Notes under the pieces: model-generated
Seen by the model: only the letters and a program-made list of their open reading frames with translations
Told to the model about the DNA's origin: nothing
Databases searched by the model: none
Program-made: the position numbers and the translations under genes
Part shown: positions 54,589 through 63,512 of the stretch, piece by piece
Position numbering within the stretch: position 1 is the first letter of the stretch
Layout of the letters: each line of letters starts with the position of its first letter
Source of the DNA: a bacterium
GTDB taxonomy: Bacteria > Bacteroidota > Bacteroidia > Bacteroidales > FEN-979
Direction: 5' to 3'
Assembly (NCBI GenBank): GCA_037141055.1
Contig: JBAXDH010000001.1
Coordinates: 9,301 to 73,300, forward strand
DNA: 64,000 nt

Positions 54589-55722
54589 ATGACGAAAACC
54601 GATCCGATTGAATTAAAGCAAGTAGGAACGAAAAAGGAGTTAAAGCGATTCATCGCATTTCAGAACCAGCTTTACAAAGGAAATAAATTCTGGTGTCCGC
54701 CCATGAGGCTGGATGAACTCAACACACTGAGCAGGGATAAAAACCCTGCTTTTGATTTTTGTGAGGGTGAATACTGGATCGCTTATCGCGGGAAGGAGAT
54801 GGTTGGCCGTATTGCCGGCATCATCAACCATAAAGGCAACGAACGCTGGAATGAGAAACTGGTGCGGTTTGGATGGATCGACTTCATCGACGACCTTGAA
54901 GTTTCGAGAACACTCATAGAAAAGGTCGTTGAATGGGGGCGCTCCAAAGGAATGACCGGCATACATGGTCCGCTGGGGTTCTCTGATATGGACAACGAAG
55001 GAATGCTTATAAAGGGTTTCGAAGAAACCGCCACCCTGGCTTCGATCTACAATTTTCCATATTACGTGGAGCACATGGAAAAATTAGGATTTGAAAAGGC
55101 CGCCGACTGGGTGCAATACGAATTCGATATTCCACCATCCATCCCCGACAAGGTCGAGAGGCTGTCCGTTCTGGTGCAGGAGAAATATAAATTGCGGATA
55201 ATCAAAGCGAAAAAGTCGAAAGAATTACTTCCGTACGCTCCCAAGATGTTTAAAACACTGAATGCTGCCTTCAGTGAATTGTATGGCTATACTGCCCTGA
55301 CCCAGAGGCAGATGGACATGTATGTTAAGGCCTATTTCGGATTTATCCGTCCTGAGTTTGTCACTTTTGTGGTAGATGAGCAGGATGATGTTGTCGGGTT
55401 TGGTGTTTCGATGCCCTCCCTGACAAAAGCCCTTCAGAAATGCGACGGAAAATTGTTCCCGTTCGGATTTCTTTACATTCTCAGGGCAATCAAAAAGAAC
55501 GACGTCATCGACATGTACCTGAATGGTGTTCGTCCCGATTATCATTCCAAAGGAGTAAACGCGCTCTATTACAATGAAATGCACAGGGCCTATATCAAAG
55601 CTGGCATAAAAAAAGCGATTACCAACCCGCAGCTTGAAGACAATGCCAAGGCCCTGACGATCTGGAAGAATTTCAACGGAAGGCAGCATCTGACCAGGCG
55701 GTGCTGGATTAAGCATTTTTAG
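54589..55722 (+). CDS. GNAT-fold acyl-CoA N-acyltransferase-like protein, paralogue 1
   Basis: 377 aa. FQNQLYKGNKFWCPPMR, GRIAGIIN, VRFGWIDFIDD, GIHGPLGFSDMD, LFPFGF and GVRPDY..KGV. I recognise this as a Bacteroidota family usually labelled GNAT, but the assignment is by memory of the motif pattern only. Confidence 0.55.
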   Translation: MTKTDPIELKQVGTKKELKRFIAFQNQLYKGNKFWCPPMRLDELNTLSRDKNPAFDFCEGEYWIAYRGKEMVGRIAGIINHKGNERWNEKLVRFGWIDFIDDLEVSRTLIEKVVEWGRSKGMTGIHGPLGFSDMDNEGMLIKGFEETATLASIYNFPYYVEHMEKLGFEKAADWVQYEFDIPPSIPDKVERLSVLVQEKYKLRIIKAKKSKELLPYAPKMFKTLNAAFSELYGYTALTQRQMDMYVKAYFGFIRPEFVTFVVDEQDDVVGFGVSMPSLTKALQKCDGKLFPFGFLYILRAIKKNDVIDMYLNGVRPDYHSKGVNALYYNEMHRAYIKAGIKKAITNPQLEDNAKALTIWKNFNGRQHLTRRCWIKHF

Positions 55723-55810
55723 GGACCCTAACCCCCTGACCCCTTCCCCCGCAAGGGAAGGGGAAACAAGTCCCTCCCTTGTTGGGGAGGGATTCAGGGC
55801 AGGGTAACAA
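55723..55810. repeat. GC-rich multi-hairpin intergenic element (two 8-9-bp hairpins inside an imperfect outer stem)
   Basis: Hairpin 1 is CCCCTTCCC-ccgcaa-GGGAAGGGG (55740-55763). Hairpin 2 is TCCCTCCC-ttgttg-GGGAGGGA (55771-55792). The flanks ACCCTAACCCCCTGA and TCAGGGCAGGGT are partly complementary. Confidence 0.7.
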
Positions 55811-55819
55811 AATGAAGAT

Positions 55820-56824
55820 ATGAAAAACGTTTTAATCACCGGCGCCAGTGGGTTCATTGGCAGTTTTTTAGTCGAAGAGGGACTGAAGCTGGATTACCAG
55901 GTGTATGCCGGAATCCGGAAGTCAAGTTCACGCGAATACTTGCAGGACCCGCGAATAAAATTCCTGGAATTCGATTTTTCCACCAAGCAGAAGGTTCTGG
56001 AAACACTTGAACAATGCAAGGCAAACAACCTGCGGTTTGAGTACATCGTACACAATGCCGGTCTCACAAAGGCTCAGAAAAAGGAAGATTTCTACAATGT
56101 GAATTGCCGGAATACGATCCATTTCATTGAGGCACTGACTGAATCCGGAATGGTGCCCGAAAAATTTATTTTTGTCAGCAGCCTTGCCGCTTACGGCCCG
56201 GGAAATCCGGACACCGGTGAACCTGTCCGGTTAGCTGATGAACCAAAACCCATCGAACTTTACGGCAAAAGCAAGCTTGATGCCGAACGCTATATCACCT
56301 CCCTCAGCGAATTTCCGTGGCTGATTGTAAGGCCAACCGGTGTTTACGGGCCTAAGGAAAAAGATTATTTCATCTTCTTCCAGACCATCAACCGCGGACT
56401 GGAGCCTTATATCGGCTTCCGGAAGCAGGTGCTTACTTTTATTTATGTGCGCGACCTGGTCAGGGTGATCTTCCTGGCGATGAAATCACCCCATGTACGC
56501 AAAGGATGGTTTGTTTCCGACGGAAAGGAATACCCGTCGGAATTGTTTGCCGAAATCACCAAAAAAGTGCTGGGGAAAAAGACCTTCCGGTTTACAGTAC
56601 CGCTGTTTATTGTGAAAACCATTGCAGTTGCCGGAGAAAATATTGCGGGTTTGTGGGGGGCCATTCCCACCCTGAACACGGATAAATATAATGTTTTAAA
56701 GAGTACCAACTGGAGATGTGAAGTGGAACCGCTGCAAAACGACCTGGGATTTAAAGCAGAATACGATCTCGAAAAAGGTGTGCAGGAGGCCATCGCTTGG
56801 TATCAAAATGAACATTGGCTTTAA
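55820..56824 (+). CDS. NAD-dependent epimerase/dehydratase-family SDR (candidate 3-keto reductase)
   Basis: N-terminal ITGASGFIGSFL Rossmann motif and catalytic YGKSK (YxxxK). Extended-SDR size of 334 aa. Confidence 0.85.
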   Translation: MKNVLITGASGFIGSFLVEEGLKLDYQVYAGIRKSSSREYLQDPRIKFLEFDFSTKQKVLETLEQCKANNLRFEYIVHNAGLTKAQKKEDFYNVNCRNTIHFIEALTESGMVPEKFIFVSSLAAYGPGNPDTGEPVRLADEPKPIELYGKSKLDAERYITSLSEFPWLIVRPTGVYGPKEKDYFIFFQTINRGLEPYIGFRKQVLTFIYVRDLVRVIFLAMKSPHVRKGWFVSDGKEYPSELFAEITKKVLGKKTFRFTVPLFIVKTIAVAGENIAGLWGAIPTLNTDKYNVLKSTNWRCEVEPLQNDLGFKAEYDLEKGVQEAIAWYQNEHWL

Positions 56825-56825
56825 A

Positions 56826-57950
56826 ATGGCTGAAATCAGAATCGTAAAAGTTTCCACACGCAAGGACCTGCGTAAATTTGTTGACTTTCCTTTCCAATTG
56901 TATAAAGGCAACAAGTTCTGGGTTCCGCCGTTGCGGTTTGATGAGATCAATACCCTTCGGAAGGATAAAAACCCTTCTTTCAGTTATTGTGAAGCTGAAT
57001 ATTGGCTGGCCTATCGTGATAACAAGGTGGCCGGTCGCATCGCCGGGATAATCAACCACCGGGAATCTGAAAGGTGGAACACACTGATGGTAAGGTTCGG
57101 ATGGATCGATTTTATCGACGATCCCGGCGTTTCGAAAATCCTCATTGAAGCGGTCACAGAGTGGGGCAGGGGAAAAGGGATGAACGCTCTCCATGGCCCC
57201 CTCGGCTTTACCGACATGGATCCTGAAGGAATGCTGGCAGAAGGATTTGACCAGATATCCAGCCTCTCGGCGATCTATAATTTTCCCTACTACAACGATC
57301 ACATGCTGCGTTTAGGCATGAGGAAAGCTACGGACTGGGTTCAGTTTGAGATTAAAGTTCCGGAAAAAATTCCAGACAAGGTAGAACGCATGACCAGGAT
57401 CGTTCTTCAAAAATATGACCTGCACCTCCTTAAACCGAAAAATTCGAAAGAGATCAGGCCATATGCAAAGAAGATGTTCATAATGTACAATGAAGCATTT
57501 AACGATTTGTACGGTTTTACCCCGCTCACAAGCGAGCAGATGGAATATTATACAAAGCAGTATTTTGGGTTTATCAGGCCTGAGTTCGTGTCGATGATCG
57601 TCGATTCCAGGGATGATGTGGTAGGATTCGGAATTACAACGCCCAGCCTTTCCATTGCCCTGCAGAAAGCCAATGGCAGGCTTTTCCCTTTTGGATTTAT
57701 ACACCTCCTGAAAGCGATGCGCAAAAATGACACAGGCCACATGTATCTCATCGGTGTGAGGCCCGATTACCAGGGGAAGGGAATCCTTGCGCTGATATAT
57801 CATGAGCTGACAAAGGCTTATATCGACGCCGGCATCAAATTAACCCGCACCCATCCGCAACTGGAGGATAACCTGAAGGCTGTTTCCATCTGGAAAAACT
57901 ATGACAGCAGGGTGAATATCAGGCGAAGATGCTATATTGCTGATATTTAA
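56826..57950 (+). CDS. GNAT-fold acyl-CoA N-acyltransferase-like protein, paralogue 2
   Basis: 374 aa from the ATG at 56826, 1 nt after the SDR stop. It is colinear with 54589-55722 along the whole length, and by eye well over half of the positions are identical (FQLYKGNKFWVPPLR, GRIAGIINH, VRFGWIDFIDD, LHGPLGFTDMD, LFPFGF, GVRPDYQGKG). Confidence 0.55.
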   Translation: MAEIRIVKVSTRKDLRKFVDFPFQLYKGNKFWVPPLRFDEINTLRKDKNPSFSYCEAEYWLAYRDNKVAGRIAGIINHRESERWNTLMVRFGWIDFIDDPGVSKILIEAVTEWGRGKGMNALHGPLGFTDMDPEGMLAEGFDQISSLSAIYNFPYYNDHMLRLGMRKATDWVQFEIKVPEKIPDKVERMTRIVLQKYDLHLLKPKNSKEIRPYAKKMFIMYNEAFNDLYGFTPLTSEQMEYYTKQYFGFIRPEFVSMIVDSRDDVVGFGITTPSLSIALQKANGRLFPFGFIHLLKAMRKNDTGHMYLIGVRPDYQGKGILALIYHELTKAYIDAGIKLTRTHPQLEDNLKAVSIWKNYDSRVNIRRRCYIADI

Positions 57951-57953
57951 GCA

Positions 57954-57987
57954 TAAAAAAAAGGCTGCGTTTCGGCAGCCTTTTTTT
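57954..57987. terminator. bidirectional rho-independent terminator between convergent lipid and SusD genes
   Basis: aaaaaaaaGGCTGCgtttcgGCAGCCttttttt: a GC stem flanked by A8 and T7 runs. Confidence 0.65.
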
Positions 57988-58002
57988 ATGGGAGGAATAA
58001 AA

Positions 58003-59430
58003 CTAATTTTTATCCCAGAAAAGTTTGGTGGCAACATCATCGCCTCCAATGGCAGCTGCAGCGGCAGCACGGTTTGCACCATTGAGGGTTTGTTCTGATG
58101 TCGGGTAGGTTAAGCGTAACGGAAGTGCACTGTTGGCATCGGGTGGTGCAACAAGAACAGGGAAGTCTAACATTCTGAATGCTGTCCATGCATCAAATCC
58201 GCGATTGTACAATGCGATCCATTTCTGAGTTCCGATTTTCTCTTTCCAGGTTCCGGTAGCAGTAGCATAGGCAACTGAAGACTGAGCCAGGTATGTCGTG
58301 GCATCAGCGTCAGTACCACCCCACTGGGTGATGGAAGCTTTGATGGCAGCTTCATAATGGTCTTTTGCAGTTCCGCCAACGCTGAATCCTCTTTCAACAC
58401 CTTCTGCCAGCAAAAATTCAACTTCGGCCAGGTCGAAAAATAATCCCGGGTAAGTGGCTTCCGTCAGCGTTGGGTTAACATGCGAGAATTTGGTGAAATC
58501 GTTGGAAGCACCATAAATGCCACCGGCAAACGACTCCCCGTATGGGGTGAAATACAATGCACGACGCGGGTCGTTCAATGCATTCATGGCATCAACCAGG
58601 GTATTCGCAGCTACAAAGTCGTTTCTTCCGCTGAGTACCAGGTTTTCATTCACCGGATTGTTGTTCGGCTGGGTAGGCATGAATGCTAAATTTGCATTGT
58701 CGCCGTTTGAGGCAATTGCATTGGGAGCAGCAGCTTCAACAGTTGCTTTAGCAAGCGTATTGTCGACATCAGACAAGAGCATACCCATGCGAAGTTTCAG
58801 GGAGTTGGCAAATTTATACCATTTGGCAGCGTCGCCGCCAAACATGTTGTCATATCCGCCAAAGCTGCCTGCGGTCTGATCAATATTGGAAATTGCAGTA
58901 TTCAAACGTGCGATCAGATCCTGGTAAACGGTCAGTCCGTCGTCATACTTGGGCAGCAGAATGGCAGGATCCATGGCCTGCGTATACGGCACATTCCCGA
59001 AGTTTTCGACGAGTACGCTGTAAGCATAAACCGTCATGATTTCAACGATGGCAAGTTTGTTTTTCAATACGGCTACTCCATCACCCGGTTGATTGCCGTC
59101 GGCAGAAAGAACCTTTGCAGATTCCTTGAAATTCATCAGAACGTCCCGGTACATAGTGTTCCAGAATGTGCCCGGAATAGGACGAGTGACGATATCGTAA
59201 TTGGCTTCATCGGTATAGGTTGTTTCAGTCCATTGCTGAACAAACATGCGGTAGATGTTGCTGTTTACATTGGGAGTGACCATTTGCCGGGCGAATCTCA
59301 GCTGGGCACCGGTAAACAGTGATTCCCCGGGAACCTTTGTCGGGTCTTTGATGTTTGTATTCAACTCTTCAAGTTTCGTACAGGACGAAAAGAGCAAGAG
59401 GGTCAGGAAAATTGCAAATATATTTTTCAT
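58003..59430 (-). CDS. susD: SusD/RagB-family nutrient-binding outer-membrane lipoprotein
   Basis: Lipobox LLFSSC. It is alpha-helical, TPR-like and 475 aa, and it lies directly downstream of a SusC gene (10-nt gap). Confidence 0.85.
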   Translation of the reverse strand: MKNIFAIFLTLLLFSSCTKLEELNTNIKDPTKVPGESLFTGAQLRFARQMVTPNVNSNIYRMFVQQWTETTYTDEANYDIVTRPIPGTFWNTMYRDVLMNFKESAKVLSADGNQPGDGVAVLKNKLAIVEIMTVYAYSVLVENFGNVPYTQAMDPAILLPKYDDGLTVYQDLIARLNTAISNIDQTAGSFGGYDNMFGGDAAKWYKFANSLKLRMGMLLSDVDNTLAKATVEAAAPNAIASNGDNANLAFMPTQPNNNPVNENLVLSGRNDFVAANTLVDAMNALNDPRRALYFTPYGESFAGGIYGASNDFTKFSHVNPTLTEATYPGLFFDLAEVEFLLAEGVERGFSVGGTAKDHYEAAIKASITQWGGTDADATTYLAQSSVAYATATGTWKEKIGTQKWIALYNRGFDAWTAFRMLDFPVLVAPPDANSALPLRLTYPTSEQTLNGANRAAAAAAIGGDDVATKLFWDKN

Positions 59431-59440
59431 AACGATTAAT

Positions 59441-62400
59441 TTAGAAGGTGAGTTTTAAGTTCAGACTAAAATCACGTGTCGAAGGCAGTGAACCCGTTGA
59501 GTAACCTTGCAGGTTGCCTGCTCCGAGTCCGGATTCCGGATCGGCGTGGGGCAGGTTCTTGAAGATGATCCAAAGGTTTGAAGCCACAGCAGTCAACGTA
59601 ATCCCCGTTATGAAAGTTTTCTTCAGCACGGTGGAAGGTATCGTGTAGGATAATGACACCTGGCGCAGTTTAACATAACTTGCATCGTATACGAATGCTT
59701 TATTCGGAAGCCTTGAATAACCGAAGGAGCCGTAGTTGGAGGCAGCGATGCGGGTAGTGTTGGTTTTTCCATCAGGATTTACGCCTGAATTTATAAAACC
59801 ACCGCTGTTTGCGGCATAACCTTTTGAATGATCTGCAGGGTCAGCCCATGCGATTGCATCTCTTACCGGGTTTCCAAGGTCGTTTAAATAAGAAGTTTCA
59901 GCATACAAACCTGTTGCAAGTCCGTAATACATATCCAGGGAGAAGATGTCCCCACCGCTCTGTACGTCGATCAGGAAGCTGAATGCCCAGTTCTTGTAAG
60001 TAAGGCTGTTCAGCAAGCCACCCTGCCAGTCGGGGTTTACGTTGCCGATTACCTGGTCCGAAGTGGATGTTCTCAGGTATCTTCCGTTTGCAGGATCAAT
60101 GATTCTCTGATGCGCGGCATCCTGGGTGTAAACGTAGTCAGTTCCATAAATCACACCGTACGGTTGTCCGACCATGGCATTGAGCGTAACACCACCCTGG
60201 AAACTTCCAAGAGGGAGGTTGCTTACTCCATCGAGCAGGCTGACGACTTTGTTGCGGTTCATCGACCAGTTCAGCGTAATATCCCATTTGAAGTTCTTGT
60301 TCTTGCAGGGAGTTGCGTGGAGGGCAAGCTCGACACCCTGGTTCTGGATTTCACCTGCGTTGATGATTTTAACGTTGTAACCGGTAGCAGTAGTTACGGG
60401 AAGCGGCAGGATCTGGTTGATGGTATTGGTTTTGTACAGGGCAAGGTCAAATCCGACCCGTCTGCCAAGAAAGTACATTTCAAAACCGCCTTCAATGCTG
60501 TTGGTCATTTCCGGTTTCAGTTCGGGATTCTTCTGCACTGTAGAAACCGCAGTGGTCAGGTTGTTGAACGGGGATAAAACAAGGTAGTTGTCAACAAGCT
60601 GGTCGAATGACGGGCTGTTGCCAACGCGCGCATAATTGATGCGGACTTTACCGAAGGAGAGCCATTTTGCTTCCGGGATGATGTTGGAGAAAATGAAGCT
60701 ACCGGCAACCGAAGGATAACCGTAGCTGTTCTTATCGGCAGGTAAAGTTGATGAGTAGTCCCGCCTGTAAGTACCGTCAAGGTAGAGGAAATTCTTGAAT
60801 CCCAGGGAAACGCTTCCGTAGTATCCGTTAACCCTCACCTGCGAAGCAAGCTCTTTTGAAAGTGGCAAAGGACCGGCACTGTTCTGTAAGGAATAGAGGT
60901 CAGCAACTGACAATCCGCCATTCGTTGAAGAGATCAGGCGGCTGTAATTGGTTTTCCGGATGTTCATCCCCAGAACTGCCTTGAGGTTGAATGATTTTGA
61001 CAGATCTTTGTTGAAGTTGGCCATCACATCGTAATTGAATTCGCTGAAGCCGATGTCCCTTCTCATGTAACCGGAACCCTGGTCACTTCTGTTTGCACTG
61101 CCGTCGGCGCCTGTTCCGATTCCGAAAGTGCCCGGAACGCTACCGACTGCTCTTCTCTCTTCCTGTAGTTCTGAGTAGGTGTCTACGGAGATTCTGCCGA
61201 AGATGTTCAACCAGTCTGCGATTTTATAGGTAAGTGCTACGTTGCCGATAAAACGGTTTCTTGAATCGGATTCAAAATTCTTATAACGGGTCCAATAGGG
61301 ATTGTCCCAGAAAATAGGATTTGCGTTGGATGGGTCGGCATAATTCCATGTGGCATTACGTTTTGTAAGCTCATACATGTCTTTTTGCTGCTGGATATCA
61401 ACATTGACCTGGTACCACTGGCGGAAAGAACCCATGATGTTGTCGTTATAACCGGTTGAGTTACGGCCGGTGGCCTTGTTTAAAGAGTAGTTGCCGTATC
61501 CGGTAACGGTCAGTCTGTCCGTTACATTCCAGGTTGCGTTTAACGAAACATTGTTTTTAACCAGCTTGCTGTTTGGCAACATACCATTCTGGGTGAAATT
61601 GGTGTATCCGACACGGTAATTTCCGCCTTTGAATGAGTTTTCGAGGGAAAGTGAATTTACAAAGGTCACCGGTTTTTCAAAGAAGGTAATCGGGCCATTC
61701 GCGGCAGCCTTCCATGGGGTGGCTTTCAGATAATTCGGCGACTGGGGATCAACGGCATCCCATTGATAAACAGAGCTTCCGTCGAATTTAGCACCATACG
61801 ATGCATCCTCTGAGGTAACTGTCCATTGGGTTAATTTACTGGTGGCAGGATCTTTCGGGTCGATGGTGATCGTTCCGTCGGCATTGATATAACGCATATA
61901 CCAGTAGCTGCCTGGTCCGTCGTAATATGCTCCGTAACCTCCGCCGTAATCTTTCTGATAATCAACAAAGGTCGTTTTATCAACAAAACCCATTGTTGCA
62001 GCGGTGTTGAACGTAACGCCGATTCCTTTTTTCTCGGATCCCGGAGTTTTAGCTCCTTTTTTGGTTGTGATCATAATCACACCGTTTGCAGCTCTTGAAC
62101 CGTACAAAGCGGTCGCTGCTGATCCTTTAAGAACGTTTACAGATTCAATGTCTTCCGGGTTGATATCGGAAGCAGCATTGCCGTAGTCGTAACCTGTACC
62201 TGCCTGTGCCTGGTTGGCACTGTTTGTATTGTCGTTGCTGACAGGAACACCGTCGATCACGAACAAGGCCTGGTTGTTTCCGGTCAATGATTTACTCCCT
62301 CTTAACAGGACATTGGTTGAACCACCCATGTTGGTCGTGGTTTTAACCTGAACCCCGGCGACTCTTCCTGAAAGAGAATTCACGAAGTTGTCGGTTTTGG

Positions 62401-62800
62401 TTACGTTAAGCTGGTCACCTTTTACTTCCTGCGTTGCATACCCGAGTGATTTTTTCTCACGGGGAATACCAAGCGCAGTCACAACAACTCCTTCAAGTTC
62501 CTGCACACTGGTTTGCAGAACAACGTTTACAACGTTATCTTGGCCAAGTTGTACTTCCTGCGTCACCATTCCAACATAGGAGACCAGAAGAACTTCTTTA
62601 TCCTTTGGCACGGCGAGGGAAAATTTCCCGTCAACATCAGTGATTGCACCAACGGCAGTGCCTTTGACCAGGACGGTAGCTCCCGGAATTCCGGCTCCGT
62701 CATCAGAACTCGTAACCTTACCCGTGATTGTACGCTGGGCGAAGGCAACTTGCAACCCCATGAAAAGCATAAGGGCAAGGAAAATCGTAAATTTTCTCAT
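59441..62800 (-). CDS. susC: SusC/RagA-family TonB-linked outer-membrane transporter
   Basis: It has a signal peptide, the CarboxypepD_reg domain (ITGKVTSSDDGAGIPGATVLVKGT..GAITDVDGKFSL), a plug (LSGRVAGVQV, VIDGVP, INPEDIESVNVLKG..A.ALYGSRAANGVI.ITTKKG) and an 1119-aa barrel ending in F. Confidence 0.9.
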   Translation of the reverse strand: MRKFTIFLALMLFMGLQVAFAQRTITGKVTSSDDGAGIPGATVLVKGTAVGAITDVDGKFSLAVPKDKEVLLVSYVGMVTQEVQLGQDNVVNVVLQTSVQELEGVVVTALGIPREKKSLGYATQEVKGDQLNVTKTDNFVNSLSGRVAGVQVKTTTNMGGSTNVLLRGSKSLTGNNQALFVIDGVPVSNDNTNSANQAQAGTGYDYGNAASDINPEDIESVNVLKGSAATALYGSRAANGVIMITTKKGAKTPGSEKKGIGVTFNTAATMGFVDKTTFVDYQKDYGGGYGAYYDGPGSYWYMRYINADGTITIDPKDPATSKLTQWTVTSEDASYGAKFDGSSVYQWDAVDPQSPNYLKATPWKAAANGPITFFEKPVTFVNSLSLENSFKGGNYRVGYTNFTQNGMLPNSKLVKNNVSLNATWNVTDRLTVTGYGNYSLNKATGRNSTGYNDNIMGSFRQWYQVNVDIQQQKDMYELTKRNATWNYADPSNANPIFWDNPYWTRYKNFESDSRNRFIGNVALTYKIADWLNIFGRISVDTYSELQEERRAVGSVPGTFGIGTGADGSANRSDQGSGYMRRDIGFSEFNYDVMANFNKDLSKSFNLKAVLGMNIRKTNYSRLISSTNGGLSVADLYSLQNSAGPLPLSKELASQVRVNGYYGSVSLGFKNFLYLDGTYRRDYSSTLPADKNSYGYPSVAGSFIFSNIIPEAKWLSFGKVRINYARVGNSPSFDQLVDNYLVLSPFNNLTTAVSTVQKNPELKPEMTNSIEGGFEMYFLGRRVGFDLALYKTNTINQILPLPVTTATGYNVKIINAGEIQNQGVELALHATPCKNKNFKWDITLNWSMNRNKVVSLLDGVSNLPLGSFQGGVTLNAMVGQPYGVIYGTDYVYTQDAAHQRIIDPANGRYLRTSTSDQVIGNVNPDWQGGLLNSLTYKNWAFSFLIDVQSGGDIFSLDMYYGLATGLYAETSYLNDLGNPVRDAIAWADPADHSKGYAANSGGFINSGVNPDGKTNTTRIAASNYGSFGYSRLPNKAFVYDASYVKLRQVSLSYTIPSTVLKKTFITGITLTAVASNLWIIFKNLPHADPESGLGAGNLQGYSTGSLPSTRDFSLNLKLTF

Positions 62801-63066
62801 ACAGTTTGATTTTTGTTAGTAATTGTGTGAATAGTCCGTGATCTGATAAAATTCATTGTTCATGTGACTGTTGCCAGCCAGATGCGAAGTAAAAAGTCAA
62901 TAATTAAATCAACAGCGTTGCAATTTTACGCAATACTTTAATCGAATCCAACAAAGTTTTAACAAATATTTAATATTTTTTTAACATTGTTTAACGATTT
63001 GCCTGTAAAAATGTGTAAGGGTGAAAACATTACGGTTCCCACTGCTGGGATAATGTTCCTGAGAAA

Positions 63067-63510
63067 TCAGCGCAACCTCTTGAAAAATAAACCAAAAGCA
63101 AAGATGAAGAAGATATATACGGCGGTTGAAGCCGTTGCCGCTGATGGCAGGAGCAGTTGGTATGATGCAATGATCAGGCAGGCAATTCCGAGAAGGTAGT
63201 ACCCGGTTTTACGCAGTTTCCACACCATAATAATACCTGTAAATGCCAGGCCATGCATGGAAAATCCTGCCCCGAACATTAAATCAGCCTGCATTTTCGC
63301 GTATTTCGCGGTGGTCATGTACTGGTTCATCACATTTGTTACAGTTCCTGCCCAGAACAAACCTGCCAGGAACAGCAAAGCCATCAGCCCGAAGTATACA
63401 AGTGAAAAGAGGCACAGCACAGTGAGCAGCATCGGCCGTTGCCTGACATTTTTTGCTTCAACTGTTGCGGTTTGTTCTTTTTCCGCTTCCATTTTTTTTT
63501 CAGGATCCAT
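63067..63510 (-). CDS. small 4-TM membrane protein (hypothetical), paralogue B
   Basis: 147 aa. RPMLLTVLCLFSLVYFG.. and three further hydrophobic helices. It is similar in layout to the upstream neighbour. Confidence 0.5.
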   Translation of the reverse strand: MDPEKKMEAEKEQTATVEAKNVRQRPMLLTVLCLFSLVYFGLMALLFLAGLFWAGTVTNVMNQYMTTAKYAKMQADLMFGAGFSMHGLAFTGIIMVWKLRKTGYYLLGIACLIIASYQLLLPSAATASTAVYIFFIFAFGLFFKRLR

Positions 63511-63512
63511 GG

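Noticed and set aside
55225-55857. 210-aa minus-strand ORF with a GEGVRG-like peptide spanning the GNAT-like gene end and the spacer
   Set aside because: The only distinctive part is the translation of the GC-rich hairpin element. The rest is antisense to a conserved paralogous gene.
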